A DNA stretch of 64,000 nucleotides from Gammaproteobacteria bacterium (GCA_965238175.1 CBDEGZ010000003.1:448001-512000); one strand, 5' to 3'; positions 10,272 to 22,060 are shown, counted from the stretch's first letter. The notes: generated by a model from the letters alone, not told the origin. Translations and numbers: made by a program.

Positions 10272-11579
10272 TTAAAAATTTTGACCAGAACATTTAAATG
10301 TTTTGACGTTGTAGTTACCGCAAGCAAGCGGTGCACGCCAATCTGAAATAATGTCTTTAGATCCTTCTAAGTAGTCGGACCAGGCATCGCCGACAACTAA
10401 ACCAGATGTTTCCCATACCGTACCAAACTGGCCATCATCTTGAATCTCACCAATAAGCACCGGTTTTGTTATATGATGGTTTGGCATCATCGCTGAGTAA
10501 CCACCTGTCAGGTTAGGTACAGAAACACCAATAATCGCCTCCTGCACGGCAGTGGGATCTGTTGTGCCTGCTTTTTCGACTGCTTTAACCCACATATTGA
10601 AACCTATGTAATGGGCTTCCATCGGGTCATTGGTGACACGATTTTCATCTTTAGTGTAATTATGCCAGGCAGAAATAAATTCAGAATTACTGTCCGCTTC
10701 TACACTCATAAAATAGTTCCAGGCAGCAAGGTGACCGACCAGAGGTTTGGTATCCATGCCTGACAACTCTTCCTCACCAACCGAGAAAGCAACAACAGGA
10801 ATGTCTTCAGCAGAAATACCTTGATTCGCTAATTCTTTATAGAAAGGAACGTTAGCATCACCATTGATGGTTGAAATGACCGCTGTTTTTTTGCCTGCAG
10901 AACCAAACTTTTTAACATCCGACACAATGGACTGCCAATCAGAATGACCAAACGGTGTGTAATTGATCATAATATCTTCAGCTGCGATGCCTTTTGATTT
11001 CAAATAAGCTTCAAGAATTTTATTGGTTGTGCGAGGGTATACATAGTCTGTCCCTGCCAACACCCAGCGTTCCACCTCAAGGTCATCCATCAAATAATCA
11101 ACAGCTGGTATCGCTTGTTGATTTGGTGCAGCACCCGTGTAGAAGACATTTTTAGAGGATTCTTCACCTTCATATTGCACAGGGTAAAATAGGAGACTGT
11201 TAGCTTCTTCAAAGACAGGCAATACTGATTTACGTGATACCGATGTCCAGCAACCAAAGACCGCTGACACCTTCTTTTTATCGACTAACTCTTTCGCCTT
11301 TTCAGCAAATAATGGCCAGTTTGAAGCCGGATCAACGACAACCGCCTCAAGTTGTTGACCCAACACGCCGCCTTTTTTATTTTGCTCTTCGATCAGCATC
11401 AACATTGTATCTTTTAATGTTGTCTCACTGATCGCCATCGTGCCTGATAACGAATGTAATACACCGACTTTTATTGTGTCATCAGCGGCATAGAGTGAGC
11501 CAGACATAGTGCTTATTAGTAGACTGCCTGATACGAGTGACGTGACTAAACTACGTTTAAAATTTTGTTTATTACTCAT
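10272..11579 (-). CDS. urtA: Urea ABC transporter substrate-binding protein UrtA
   Basis: IKVGVLHSLSGTMAISE, FGCWTSVSRK, YPVQYEG, GAAPNQQ. Confidence 0.96.
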   Translation of the reverse strand: MSNKQNFKRSLVTSLVSGSLLISTMSGSLYAADDTIKVGVLHSLSGTMAISETTLKDTMLMLIEEQNKKGGVLGQQLEAVVVDPASNWPLFAEKAKELVDKKKVSAVFGCWTSVSRKSVLPVFEEANSLLFYPVQYEGEESSKNVFYTGAAPNQQAIPAVDYLMDDLEVERWVLAGTDYVYPRTTNKILEAYLKSKGIAAEDIMINYTPFGHSDWQSIVSDVKKFGSAGKKTAVISTINGDANVPFYKELANQGISAEDIPVVAFSVGEEELSGMDTKPLVGHLAAWNYFMSVEADSNSEFISAWHNYTKDENRVTNDPMEAHYIGFNMWVKAVEKAGTTDPTAVQEAIIGVSVPNLTGGYSAMMPNHHITKPVLIGEIQDDGQFGTVWETSGLVVGDAWSDYLEGSKDIISDWRAPLACGNYNVKTFKCSGQNF

Positions 11580-11615
11580 GGTTCATTTCTCCAGAATGTT
11601 TAAAGGTTGGGGATA

Positions 11616-12764
11616 TTAGTATTGGTACTGAAGCCCGACTTTGAAGGTATCAAGGTCTTTACCACCGCTTGATGCTATGTCACCAGTTTGGTACATGACG
11701 GAGATCCGTGCGTTGTGGCCGTCGATGATGTAGTTAAAGCCAATATCGAGCTCATCACTGTCTGCCCCCGCATCTGGGCTTATATCAGTAAAGCGAACAT
11801 AAGGCTGAAATTTACCGATACCGACTTCAATTGGGATTAAGTAGAGTGCCGTAGCTGTCCAGGCATCGCCTTCAAACAGACCAATTCCGCCGGCCTTGCT
11901 ATCAGTATCAAAATTTTTATATTCCGCTTCGACTGTTACAACACCCTCATTTTCAAGTACGGTTTCGTACAAAGCATCAATGCTATAACCTTTAAAATCA
12001 CCCGGATCCACAGCTGTGCCGGTACCATCTTCTTGATATTGCATTGCTAAACCGACAGTAAAAATGTCGCTTTCATTACCGTAATAAGTACTACTGGTGT
12101 AATACCCTGGGTTCTTTTCAACGTTTAAGAAGTTGTAACTTAAACGAGCACCATATAAAAAGTTGTCATCTTCATTCGATATACCTTCCAAACCTTCGAA
12201 AACGCCTAGCGCGTAAGTGAATTTGCCCTTGCTTCCCAAAGCACCCCAGACGGTGATGCCATCATCACGACCATATACACCCGCACCACCATCATTGTGG
12301 GTTACACTTTGATCTGACGGGTAAAAGGGTGTTTTATTGAAGTCGTAAGTATTCGCGAAAAACGGACCACTCATTTCAGCGCGATCTGATGGTACTAACA
12401 TTCGCCCGGCCCAGACATTGAACGTTGGGCCAAATTCAAATTTGGCTATTGCATCTAGTACATCATAATCTTCTAAATCACTATTACCGCAAAATACACA
12501 TTCGGTGTTTAGTTCGAACTTAATGTTTTTGTGAATTTGGCCATTGAGATAAATACGCGCGCTATCCAAGTTGAAGTCTTTTGATCGACTGTCGCCACTA
12601 GGTGCTGCATCTTCAATGCTGGAGTAACTAGCCCTGACACCAACACCGATGCTCAACCATTTTGTTTCGTCGAATTCTATTTTTGCACCTGCTAGGGCAG
12701 AATTCGCTACTAACTGTGCGACGATCAACCCTGTCATACGCGCCCCCATTCCTAGATGTTTCAT
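11616..12764 (-). CDS. Outer-membrane porin, probable urea/short-chain amide porin (FmdC-like)
   Basis: Signal peptide, amphipathic beta strands, C-terminal GLQYQY; first gene of the urt operon; GAGGAG RBS before ATG 12764. Confidence 0.8.
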   Translation of the reverse strand: MKHLGMGARMTGLIVAQLVANSALAGAKIEFDETKWLSIGVGVRASYSSIEDAAPSGDSRSKDFNLDSARIYLNGQIHKNIKFELNTECVFCGNSDLEDYDVLDAIAKFEFGPTFNVWAGRMLVPSDRAEMSGPFFANTYDFNKTPFYPSDQSVTHNDGGAGVYGRDDGITVWGALGSKGKFTYALGVFEGLEGISNEDDNFLYGARLSYNFLNVEKNPGYYTSSTYYGNESDIFTVGLAMQYQEDGTGTAVDPGDFKGYSIDALYETVLENEGVVTVEAEYKNFDTDSKAGGIGLFEGDAWTATALYLIPIEVGIGKFQPYVRFTDISPDAGADSDELDIGFNYIIDGHNARISVMYQTGDIASSGGKDLDTFKVGLQYQY

Positions 12765-12817
12765 AATGTGCTCCTCATTATTTATAAGCAGTTCATAAGT
12801 GAACTTGAACCACATAG

Positions 12818-12833
12818 AGCAACAGCCGTGCCA
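12818..12833 (-). promoter_or_regulatory. Sigma54 -24/-12 promoter of the urea operon
   Basis: Minus strand TGGCACGGCTGTTGCT matches TGGCAC-N5-TTGC. Confidence 0.88.
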
Positions 12834-12883
12834 CTTTGTAAGCAATTGATATATAAATAAATATGTATATTTGATTTTTTAAA

Positions 12884-12932
12884 TGCACGTTTGTAGTGCG
12901 TGGCATGGGGTTTTTTGCACCTGAAAAGAGCA
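12884..12932. promoter_or_regulatory. Two NtrC-type enhancer sites
   Basis: TGCAC-N7-GTGCG (12884) and TGCAC-N7-GAGCA (12916), 32 bp apart, separated from the promoter by an AT-rich tract. Confidence 0.75.
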
Positions 12933-13164
12933 ACAATAAACCTGCAAAAGTTAAGTTAAATGTTATAAAAAAGTATCAAAACCCTGTAAATCTAGTTTGC
13001 TGAAGAAAATGAATTTTGGTTTGTTAACTGAGTGGTTGCATAAAGGCTAGTTGCGAAAAGAGAGGGAGCGATCCATGCTTGGATAATGTACGTCTATGCC
13101 TAAGAGCCGTTGTCTCGCTATCAGATTAACTGAAGTCAAAAAGGGATATGTAGAGGTTAAACGG

Positions 13165-14235
13165 TTAGCTTCTGATCAACCGTCTCATTAGAAAAAAACC
13201 AATAAACAAGGTAATAAAAGCCGGTGTTGCAACAGCCAACAGCGGTGGGAGTTTATAGACAATTCCAACGTTGCCCATGCCTTGATTGATGATATGAAAA
13301 ACCAGGCCAATCACAACACCAATAAAAATGCGTTGTCCGATATTTTGACTTTGTGAAGCGCCGAGTACGATAGGTATAGCGAGAAAGATCATCACACCTG
13401 TTGATAGCGGATAAATGATTTTGCTCCAGAAGGCTTGTCGATAGGTTTGTGAGTTACGGTTATTTTCTTTTAAGTAACTCGTATAATTAATCAGATCAAA
13501 CACCGATAAATTTTCTGGTTTAATTGAAACTAGGCTGATCAATTCTGGTCGTAAAAGTGAATTCCAGTTTGCATCCACTTCTGTATCTCGAGTGACTAGA
13601 CTTTCAGAAATATGAGTTTGGGTAACATTTTTTAGCTGCCACTTGTCGTTTTGATAGACGGCAGTTTCAGCATGACTGCTTGTGATTAGGCGATTATCCT
13701 CATCAAAATTATAAATATAAATATCTTTGATGATATTGCCGGATAGGATCGTTCTTACATTAAGGTAGCTTTTTCCTTCTCGTATCCAAAGACCGTTGCG
13801 TGTTTTTAAACTGATCTGATCATTGATGGCGACGGAACGAATGTAATTTGCGTATTGCTCAGTCACCGGTACGATAAATTCGCCGAGGATCATCGCGATG
13901 ATGATAATTACGGCACCGGCTTTCATAACCGACAAAACAATACGTTGAAATGAAATACCTGCATTTCGCATTATCACGATTTCATTTTGCGACATTAATG
14001 TGCCGAGGCCGACCAGACTACCAATCAAACCAGCGAGTGGAAATAAGGTATACGTCAGTGACGGAATTTTTAATAAGACAAATTTTATCGCATCGAATAA
14101 GCGATAACTGCCCTGACCTAATTCACTTAGTTCGTCTACGAATTCAAAAAAGGCGAACAAGCCAATTAACACGACTAACACGATAAAGATGCTACCCAGC
14201 AAGGTTTGTCTAATATGTCTATCCAGAATTTTCAT
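13165..14235 (-). CDS. lptG: LPS export permease LptG
   Basis: MKILDRHI start, NEIVIMRNAGIS, GLWIREG; paired with lptF. Confidence 0.93.
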   Translation of the reverse strand: MKILDRHIRQTLLGSIFIVLVVLIGLFAFFEFVDELSELGQGSYRLFDAIKFVLLKIPSLTYTLFPLAGLIGSLVGLGTLMSQNEIVIMRNAGISFQRIVLSVMKAGAVIIIIAMILGEFIVPVTEQYANYIRSVAINDQISLKTRNGLWIREGKSYLNVRTILSGNIIKDIYIYNFDEDNRLITSSHAETAVYQNDKWQLKNVTQTHISESLVTRDTEVDANWNSLLRPELISLVSIKPENLSVFDLINYTSYLKENNRNSQTYRQAFWSKIIYPLSTGVMIFLAIPIVLGASQSQNIGQRIFIGVVIGLVFHIINQGMGNVGIVYKLPPLLAVATPAFITLFIGFFLMRRLIRS

Positions 14236-15344
14236 TCAGAATTAACCGGCAAATTTTTGATCTTGCGGCGACGGGAATAATTGGGAAAATAGACAATTAA
14301 AAAAATGCAGATCAGCATTAAAAAATGTGGCCACCATAAACCCGGAAACGCTGGGAACAAGTCGCGTTTAACCATGTCGTGAGAAATATTAAGAAGATTG
14401 TTGTAAATAAAAAAGATCAAAATAGCGAAAAAGAATAGAAAAGAGTTTTTGATATCTTTTGAAGAACGGACTGCGATAACTGCAAAAGCAGATAAAAGCA
14501 TTAAGAAAATAGGTGTTGCAAGACGCCATTGTAATTCGTTTTGTGGCATTTTATTTTCTGGGGAGCTGCGCATAATCTGTAAAAGTTCTTTACTTGAAAA
14601 ACGCGATGCAGGTCTTGCTGTGGTGTTGTAACCAGACTGTTCCATTTTTACAGAATATCGTTGGAATTTAGTAATTGAATAATCCAGCTGATCAGGTGTT
14701 CCGATATAGCGCTTACCATCATGAAAAATTACAGAACGCTCACCATTTTTTTCGTTGGTATGAATACTTGCAGAGTCAGAAGTCAGGACGCCGGTTTTAC
14801 CCCTTTCTTTTACCTGTAGAAATACGTTTGCCATATCACTCGTTTTTTCATCAAAACCTTCTGCGTATAAAACGCGATCACCACTGCTGAACTCCTTAAA
14901 ACTACCAGCCGTAATCCCAGTGATATCTGATTCGCGATTGGCTTTTTGTTTGAGCACATCAATATTTTGCTCTGCCCAGGGCATTACTAGTAAGGTCAGC
15001 AAAAGTAACAACAAAGAAAACACAGCAGATAGTTTTAAAATAGTGGAAAAATAAAATCGATTGCCAAGGCCGGTTGAGGCGATTGATGTCAACTCGTTAT
15101 CTCGTTGAAAACGACCTAGCGCCATAAATAAGGAAAGATAAAGACAAAGAGGAATTATTAATGTCATGGATGTGATCAATTTCAAAACCAATATCTGATA
15201 AATTATCTCTGCTGTCATTTTTCCTGCGGCAACATCGCCGAGATAACGTACAAAACGAAGGCTGAATACGATCAAAACTAGCACCAGAAAAATCGCGAAA
15301 AAATTCTGTAAGATTTCTTTATGAAGGTAACGTTTTAAAATCAA
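14232..15344 (-). CDS. lptF: LPS export permease LptF
   Basis: ILKRYL, ELQWRLATP; divergent from pepA as is typical. Confidence 0.92.
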   Translation of the reverse strand: MILKRYLHKEILQNFFAIFLVLVLIVFSLRFVRYLGDVAAGKMTAEIIYQILVLKLITSMTLIIPLCLYLSLFMALGRFQRDNELTSIASTGLGNRFYFSTILKLSAVFSLLLLLLTLLVMPWAEQNIDVLKQKANRESDITGITAGSFKEFSSGDRVLYAEGFDEKTSDMANVFLQVKERGKTGVLTSDSASIHTNEKNGERSVIFHDGKRYIGTPDQLDYSITKFQRYSVKMEQSGYNTTARPASRFSSKELLQIMRSSPENKMPQNELQWRLATPIFLMLLSAFAVIAVRSSKDIKNSFLFFFAILIFFIYNNLLNISHDMVKRDLFPAFPGLWWPHFLMLICIFLIVYFPNYSRRRKIKNLPVNSE

Positions 15345-15505
15345 AATAAATTATTTGCCGCATTCTGCACAAAAACAGATCAAAACCGACGATAAAGATT
15401 AGCAAGACCGCTGGTCAGTCCATCGTTAAACTAATAAAATCACCGCAGTAACTAATCATAACTACCATGACAATCGTGCTAGTGTAAACGAACTGGGGAA
15501 CACAT

Positions 15506-16999
15506 ATGAAATTTGACGTAAAAAGACTCAATCCAAAAACATTTAGCACAGCATGTATTATCGCAGGGGTGCATACCGATGGCCATTTATCATCCACTGC
15601 AAAACTTATTGATCAAGTAAGTGGTGGTGCAATTTCTGAGATACTCAAATCGGGTGATCTTACTGGTAAGATAGGACAAATCCTGATTCAGCATAAAATT
15701 ACAGGTCTCAAGGCAGAGCGCGTTTTATTGGTTGGTTGTGGTGAACAAGGCAAATTAGACACTGCCGGATTTTTTAAAGTTCTTAATGGTGCATACGCAG
15801 CACTGAAAAAAACCAAATCAAAATCAGTTGCTTGCTGCTTATCTGAGGTTTCAGTAGAAGATCGTGATTATGCATGGCGAGTACGTCAATCTGTCAGGCT
15901 GATTGGAGAACAATTTTATAAATGTGATCAGCTCAAAAGTGGTAAAAAAACAAAACCATTGCTAACAAGTATAACCATTGCTGCTGGCATTCGATCAGAA
16001 GTGACGGCAGGTACGCAAGCCGCCAAACAAGGTAAAGCAATTATAAACGGCATGCAGATCAGTCGTGATCTAGCTAACCTGCCGGGTAATTACTGCACAC
16101 CGACTTATATTGCAGAACAAGGTAAGGCCTTGTCGAAAAAGCATAAATCTATCAAAGCGACGGTTCTTACCGAGAAGCAGATGGAAAAACTCGGTATGGG
16201 TTCATTATTGTCGGTTTCACACGGCAGTGCGGAGCCGGCTAAATTGTTGGTGTTGAAATACGAAGGTTTAGCAAAATCGGTAAAAAATCAAAAACCGTAC
16301 GTATTGGTTGGAAAAGGTGTCACCTTTGATACCGGTGGTATTTCGCTCAAACCGGGTGGCGGCATGGATGAAATGAAGTATGACATGTGTGGCGCTGCGA
16401 GTGTGATCGGGACGATTGCTGCGGTTGCTGAAATGCAATTACCCATTAACCTGAATGTGATTGTGCCGACAGTCGAAAATATGCCAGGCAGTAAAGCGAC
16501 AAAACCGGGCGATATTGTCACTAGTATGTCTGGTCAGACCATTGAAGTACTTAATACGGATGCTGAGGGAAGACTAATTTTGTGTGATGCACTAACCTAC
16601 GCAGAACGATTTAAACCTGCAGCGGTTATTGATGTTGCCACTTTAACCGGTGCTTGTCTTGTTGCACTTGGAAAAGTGCCTGCCGGGTTGATGAGTAATA
16701 ATGATGGGTTGGCCAATGATATAATAGAAGCTGGGAAAACCAGTTATGATCGTGCTTGGAGAATGCCGCTTTGGGATGATTACCAATCTTTATTGGACAG
16801 TAACTTTGCCGACATCGCAAATATCGGTGGACGGGATGGCGGCATGATAACTGCCGGTTGCTTCCTTTCACGATTTACAAAAAAGTATGCTTGGGCACAT
16901 CTTGATATTGCCGGGGTCGCCTGGCATTCAGGAAAAAACAAGGGCGCGACTGGCCGACCAGTCTCACTACTTGTGCAGTATTTAATGGACAAGTGCTAG
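15506..16999 (+). CDS. pepA: Leucyl aminopeptidase (M17)
   Basis: VGKGVTFDTGG, MKYDMCGAA, NTDAEGRL. Confidence 0.98.
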   Translation: MKFDVKRLNPKTFSTACIIAGVHTDGHLSSTAKLIDQVSGGAISEILKSGDLTGKIGQILIQHKITGLKAERVLLVGCGEQGKLDTAGFFKVLNGAYAALKKTKSKSVACCLSEVSVEDRDYAWRVRQSVRLIGEQFYKCDQLKSGKKTKPLLTSITIAAGIRSEVTAGTQAAKQGKAIINGMQISRDLANLPGNYCTPTYIAEQGKALSKKHKSIKATVLTEKQMEKLGMGSLLSVSHGSAEPAKLLVLKYEGLAKSVKNQKPYVLVGKGVTFDTGGISLKPGGGMDEMKYDMCGAASVIGTIAAVAEMQLPINLNVIVPTVENMPGSKATKPGDIVTSMSGQTIEVLNTDAEGRLILCDALTYAERFKPAAVIDVATLTGACLVALGKVPAGLMSNNDGLANDIIEAGKTSYDRAWRMPLWDDYQSLLDSNFADIANIGGRDGGMITAGCFLSRFTKKYAWAHLDIAGVAWHSGKNKGATGRPVSLLVQYLMDKC

Positions 17000-17161
17000 G
17001 AGATCTCTGATGTATTATGAACGGTCTTGTGAGTCTAAAATATATAATTTCAGTGTTACGAAATTGAACAATAGAGCCACTATTGTTTGCGTTTCGTGCC
17101 TTGATATTGAATATTTTGAATCCCAACTCACCTCGTCCAAAATTAATCAGGGGTTCCCTAG

Positions 17162-17593
17162 GTGACGCGGGTTGATTTTTATATTCTATCCGAGCAAGCG
17201 AATAGAACAGCTGATCAAATTTTGTGTTCTATAGCAGGTAAAGCCTGGAAGCAAGGTAGCGGTGTTTATATTCATACGGATTCTGCTGATCATTCGAGCC
17301 GGATAGATAATTTTTTGTGGACGTTCAAAGATACGAGTTTTTTACCACATGGGTTAATTGATCAAACCAATAGTGAAAAAACACCGATTTTGATCGGTCA
17401 TCAGGATCCACCAAAAGATCTGCATGATGTTATTATTAATGTGACGCAGGATGTTCCTCTATTTTTTGGCCGGTTTGATCGTTTGATTGAAATTGTTGAT
17501 CAGAATTCAGAAGGCCGTAATCAAGCAAGAGAAAGATACCGATTTTATCAGGAACGTGGTTATACACTAAACACCCATAACTTGGACTCATAG
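17162..17593 (+). CDS. holC: DNA polymerase III chi subunit
   Basis: [27 protein letters not shown]; pepA-holC-valS synteny. Confidence 0.95.
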   Translation: MTRVDFYILSEQANRTADQILCSIAGKAWKQGSGVYIHTDSADHSSRIDNFLWTFKDTSFLPHGLIDQTNSEKTPILIGHQDPPKDLHDVIINVTQDVPLFFGRFDRLIEIVDQNSEGRNQARERYRFYQERGYTLNTHNLDS

Positions 17594-17594
17594 C

Positions 17595-20500
17595 GTGGCT
17601 GGAGACAATAACAATAATAATAATGCTTCTTTGGGAAATGCGATTAAAACGCTAGAGGATCTGCTCGGCAAAAACCGGGAATTGCTCGACCGAATTGAGA
17701 CCGGAAAAAGTAATGATCCATCACTCAATGACGAGCGAACACCAGAAGAGGTTTTACGTGATCTTCCAACGCTTATCGATGTTGTTGAACCAAAACCATC
17801 AGATGTACTGTCAGATACTCAGCCTTCGATTTTGCACTTAGATGAAAAGTTATCGCAAGGTATAGATGATATTCTTTCACCAAACTTGGAAGATTTGATC
17901 TATACCGAGATCCATAAGGCAACAAGCAATGTTCAAAATGCCATTCTTAAAGAAGTTAACACCCAGCTTGAATTAACCCTGCAAACTTTGAATCAAGTAC
18001 AGGGTTTGAAACCTAGGGATAATGAAGACAAACAAGAGCAGGAACAAGCTCTGGATGCAACAGAAGAGAAAACACAAGAAGAAATAACAGAACCTCTAGT
18101 GGATTTAATGGCAGAAACTTTACCAGAAGAGATGCCAGAACAAGACTTTTCTGAAGAGTCACATCATGAATCAAAAGTACAATCACCACTTGATCCCGAA
18201 CCACAAGATGAAATACAACCAGAACAAATAGAAGAAAACGGGGATCAATCTAAGCTTGATCAAGATCTGCTTCCAGAAGAAAACCAGAAAAAATTTATTT
18301 ATACAGAAAGAAAAGAAGCCGTTGCTGCGATGCTCAGTGCAATGTCGACCAGCTCATCAGTTAATGAAAACATCAATCAGGCCCAACAGGAACAACAACA
18401 AGAAATGTCGCTTACAGAACCAAAAAACGATCCAGAAATGAAAAGCCCAGAATCGACAGAACCAGAAAGCGGAATGGAAAAAACCTACGATCCACATGCG
18501 ATTGAACAACGGTGGTACAACCAATGGGAAGAAAAAGACTACTTTAAACCGACAGGTGAAGGTGAGCCCTACTCCATCATGCTGCCACCGCCAAATGTGA
18601 CGGGCAGTTTGCATATGGGGCATGCGTTTCAAGATACCTTGATGGATATTTTGATCCGCTATCATCGGATGAAGGGTGATAATACCTTGTGGCAATGCGG
18701 AACCGATCACGCAGGTATTGCGACACAAATGGTAGTTGAAAGACAGTTGGCCGAAAAAGATCAGAGTCGTCACGATTTAGGCCGAGACACCTTTGTCGAT
18801 AAAATTTGGGATTGGAAAAAAGAATCCGGTGGTAATATTACTCGTCAATTACGACGCATGGGTACTTCCATGGATTGGAGTCGTGAACGTTTTACGATGG
18901 ATGAAGGATTATCCAAAGCGGTCGGTGAAGTTTTTATTAGTCTCTATGAAGAAGGGTTGATCTATCGAGGTAAAAGATTAGTCAATTGGGATCCAGTTTT
19001 ACATACGGCAATTTCTGATCTAGAAGTTGTTTCCGAAGAGGAAAATGGTCATCTCTGGCATATCAAATATCCATTGGTGCAAAAGATTGGTGAGGATGCT
19101 GAACAAGAGTTTATGGTTGTCGCCACCACCCGTCCGGAAACCATGTTGGGCGATGCAGCGGTAGCGGTTAATCCTGAAGATGAGCGATACAAACATTTGG
19201 TTGGCTCACGGATCAAATTGCCACTCACTAATAGAACCATCCCGGTGATTGCTGATGATTATGTCGATCCAGAATTTGGTTCTGGTTGCGTCAAGATCAC
19301 TCCAGCACATGATTTCAATGATTACGAAGTGGGTAAACGCCACGATCTTCCTGAGATGAATGTCTTTACCGATGATGCGGCCTTAAATGACGAATGCCCA
19401 ATGGCATATCAGGGAATGGATCGCTATGAAGCGCGTAAAAAAATCGTTGAAGATTTAAAAGCACAAGGCCTGATCGAAAAGATAGAAGATCATAAACATA
19501 TGGTTCCACGAGGCGATCGATCTCAGGCGGTAGTTGAGCCTTATCTGACCGATCAGTGGTATGTCAAAGTTGAACCTCTGGCTAAACCTGCCATCGAAGC
19601 GGTCGAAAATGGCGATATCAATTTTGTTCCAGAAAACTGGTCAAAGACCTATTTTGAATGGATGCGCAATATTGAAGATTGGTGTATTTCGCGACAATTA
19701 TGGTGGGGTCACCGGATCCCTGCCTGGCATGATCAAAACACCGGTGATATTTATGTTGGTATTACGGAAGAAGAAGTACGCGAAAAACATAATCTCGGCA
19801 TCGATGTTATTTTGAGACAAGATCCCGACGTATTAGATACCTGGTTTTCGTCCGCATTGTGGCCCTTTTCAACCTTAGGCTGGCCGGAACAAACTGAAGA
19901 GCTAAAAACATTTTATCCAACCAGTGTTTTAGTGACGGGTTTCGATATTATCTTTTTCTGGGTCGCCAGAATGATCATGATGGGTTTGAAATTTACCGGA
20001 GAAGTGCCGTTTAAAGAAATTTATATTCATGGTTTGGTGCGTGACTCTGATGGTCAGAAAATGTCCAAGTCAAAAGGCAATGTCTTAGATCCGATCGATT
20101 TGATCGATGGAATTGATCTGGAATCGCTTGTGGCCAAACGAACTACCGGCTTGATGAAACCGCAAGATGCGCCAAAGATCGAAAAATCGACTCGAAAACA
20201 TTTTCCTGATGGCATATCGAGTTATGGAACAGATGCACTGAGATTCACTTTTGCATCACAAGCAACTCTCGGACGTGATATTCGTTTCGATCTTGGCCGC
20301 ATAGATGGGTATCGAAATTTCTGCAATAAAATTTGGAATGCCACTCGGTATGTGATGATGACCCTTGAAGATCATAAAATTGATCAGACAGCTAAGACCG
20401 AATTTGGTGTTGCAGAACGCTGGATCAATTCTCGTTTTCAGCAAACGATAGATGAAGTCAGCCAATATGTAGAAGTTTATCGTTTTGATCTGGCGGCAAA

Positions 20501-21257
20501 AGCGGTTTATGAATTTACCTGGGATGAATACTGTGACTGGTATTTAGAGCTGTCAAAAGCAACCTTAAATTCTCCACGCGCCAGGGAAGAAGCAAAAAAT
20601 GGAACTCGCCAGACATTAATAGGTATTCTTGAACAGTTATTGCGTTTAGCGCATCCATTTATGCCTTTCATAACCGAAGAATTATGGCAGCGCGTTTCTG
20701 GAAAAGAAGGTGATGAAGCTTCAATAATGACGCAGTCTTATCCGAAATTTGATCAAGAATTGATCGATGAAGATGTCCTAAAAGAAGTTAGCTGGTTAAA
20801 AGAGTTTGTATTGGGTGTGCGTCGAGTTCGTGCAGAAATGGATATTTCACCCGGCAAAAAACTACGTGTGGTTGTTGATGGCGGTGACGAAAACGAGCAA
20901 GAGTGGCTCCGTCAAAATGTGCGTTACCTGGTTGCCATGGCAAAGCTCGAATCTGTTGGCGTTTTGCGTAGTGGAGTTGCACCGGAGTCGGCGACGGCGT
21001 TGGCTGGCAACATGACGATGTTGATTCCTTTGGAAGATATTATTGATCCGGTGGCTGAACAAGAACGACTAACAAAGGAACTGGATAAACTCGATAAAGA
21101 AAGTGAGATTGCTGCTAAAAAATTGGATAATCCTCAGTTCGTTGAGCGCGCGCCAGCTGAAGTGGTTCAAAAGGCTCAAGAACGCCTGGATGAAATACAG
21201 GCAGCTAGAGTCAAACTAGGTGAGCAATTAGCACGAATTGAAGGAATGAGTAGATAA
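17595..21257 (+). CDS. valS: Valine--tRNA ligase with 293-aa acidic N-terminal extension (canonical start MEKTYDP at 18474)
   Basis: [31 protein letters not shown]-terminal coiled coil; frame open from 17595. Confidence 0.95.
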   Translation: MAGDNNNNNNASLGNAIKTLEDLLGKNRELLDRIETGKSNDPSLNDERTPEEVLRDLPTLIDVVEPKPSDVLSDTQPSILHLDEKLSQGIDDILSPNLEDLIYTEIHKATSNVQNAILKEVNTQLELTLQTLNQVQGLKPRDNEDKQEQEQALDATEEKTQEEITEPLVDLMAETLPEEMPEQDFSEESHHESKVQSPLDPEPQDEIQPEQIEENGDQSKLDQDLLPEENQKKFIYTERKEAVAAMLSAMSTSSSVNENINQAQQEQQQEMSLTEPKNDPEMKSPESTEPESGMEKTYDPHAIEQRWYNQWEEKDYFKPTGEGEPYSIMLPPPNVTGSLHMGHAFQDTLMDILIRYHRMKGDNTLWQCGTDHAGIATQMVVERQLAEKDQSRHDLGRDTFVDKIWDWKKESGGNITRQLRRMGTSMDWSRERFTMDEGLSKAVGEVFISLYEEGLIYRGKRLVNWDPVLHTAISDLEVVSEEENGHLWHIKYPLVQKIGEDAEQEFMVVATTRPETMLGDAAVAVNPEDERYKHLVGSRIKLPLTNRTIPVIADDYVDPEFGSGCVKITPAHDFNDYEVGKRHDLPEMNVFTDDAALNDECPMAYQGMDRYEARKKIVEDLKAQGLIEKIEDHKHMVPRGDRSQAVVEPYLTDQWYVKVEPLAKPAIEAVENGDINFVPENWSKTYFEWMRNIEDWCISRQLWWGHRIPAWHDQNTGDIYVGITEEEVREKHNLGIDVILRQDPDVLDTWFSSALWPFSTLGWPEQTEELKTFYPTSVLVTGFDIIFFWVARMIMMGLKFTGEVPFKEIYIHGLVRDSDGQKMSKSKGNVLDPIDLIDGIDLESLVAKRTTGLMKPQDAPKIEKSTRKHFPDGISSYGTDALRFTFASQATLGRDIRFDLGRIDGYRNFCNKIWNATRYVMMTLEDHKIDQTAKTEFGVAERWINSRFQQTIDEVSQYVEVYRFDLAAKAVYEFTWDEYCDWYLELSKATLNSPRAREEAKNGTRQTLIGILEQLLRLAHPFMPFITEELWQRVSGKEGDEASIMTQSYPKFDQELIDEDVLKEVSWLKEFVLGVRRVRAEMDISPGKKLRVVVDGGDENEQEWLRQNVRYLVAMAKLESVGVLRSGVAPESATALAGNMTMLIPLEDIIDPVAEQERLTKELDKLDKESEIAAKKLDNPQFVERAPAEVVQKAQERLDEIQAARVKLGEQLARIEGMSR

Positions 21258-21997
21258 TGTTTGACCATTTTCGAGAAGATATTGCCTGTGTTTTCGATCG
21301 AGATCCGGCAGCAAAGAGTACTTTTGAGGTGATCACAACCTATCCGGGTTTGCATGCCGTAATGGTGCATCGGTTAAGCCATAAGTTGTGGCAAAAAAAA
21401 CTTTACTGGTTAGCTCGAATGGTGTCACATATTGCTCGTTGGCTTACCGGAATTGAAATTCATCCGGGAGCGATTATTGGCCGACGATTTTTTATTGATC
21501 ACGGCATGGGTGTCGTGATCGGCGAAACCGCAGATATTGGTGATGATTGCACCCTTTACCACGGAGTGACCTTAGGTGGTACAACCTGGAATAAAGGTAA
21601 GCGACATCCAACGTTAAAAAATGGTGTTGTTATTGGTGCTGGTGCAAAAGTGTTAGGGCCAATCACCTTACATGAAGATTCTAGAATTGGTTCAAACTCA
21701 GTTGTCGTAAGGGATGTGCCAGAAGGTGCCACGGTCGTTGGAGTTCCGGGGCAACTGGTGGTGCCGAAAGAACAACAAGAACAACGTGAAGAATTGGCCG
21801 AAAAAATTGGTTTTGATGCTTATGGCTCCCCTCAAGATATGCCGGATCCCGTTGCAAATGCATTAGGAGGTATGTTGGATCATATTCAAAACCTGGAAAA
21901 AGAAATCAAAGACATGCGTGATAATCTCCATAATGAAGGAAGTGCAGATGCCTGGCAGGTGGGGAAATCGCGCGATCAAAAAAGGAACCAGTCATAA
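21257..21997 (+). CDS. cysE: Serine O-acetyltransferase
   Basis: [34 protein letters not shown]. Confidence 0.96.
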   Translation: MFDHFREDIACVFDRDPAAKSTFEVITTYPGLHAVMVHRLSHKLWQKKLYWLARMVSHIARWLTGIEIHPGAIIGRRFFIDHGMGVVIGETADIGDDCTLYHGVTLGGTTWNKGKRHPTLKNGVVIGAGAKVLGPITLHEDSRIGSNSVVVRDVPEGATVVGVPGQLVVPKEQQEQREELAEKIGFDAYGSPQDMPDPVANALGGMLDHIQNLEKEIKDMRDNLHNEGSADAWQVGKSRDQKRNQS

Positions 21998-22003
21998 GCG
22001 TAT

Positions 22004-22060
22004 ATACTTGAGTATTTTACTCGGGTATGAGATAGTTACTTGACTATTTTACTGGGTTAA
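22004..22060. promoter_or_regulatory. Two IscR type-1 operator sites
   Basis: ATACTTGAGTATTTTACTCGGGTAT (22004-22028) and TTACTTGACTATTTTACTGGGTTAA (22036-22060) directly upstream of iscR. Confidence 0.8.

Noticed and set aside
12765-12845. Longer start of the porin ORF
   Set aside because: Runs through the sigma54 promoter; a good RBS precedes ATG 12764
17607-17624. AAT/AAC run encoding six Asn as a contingency repeat
   Set aside because: Short, imperfect and in frame; no switching effect expected
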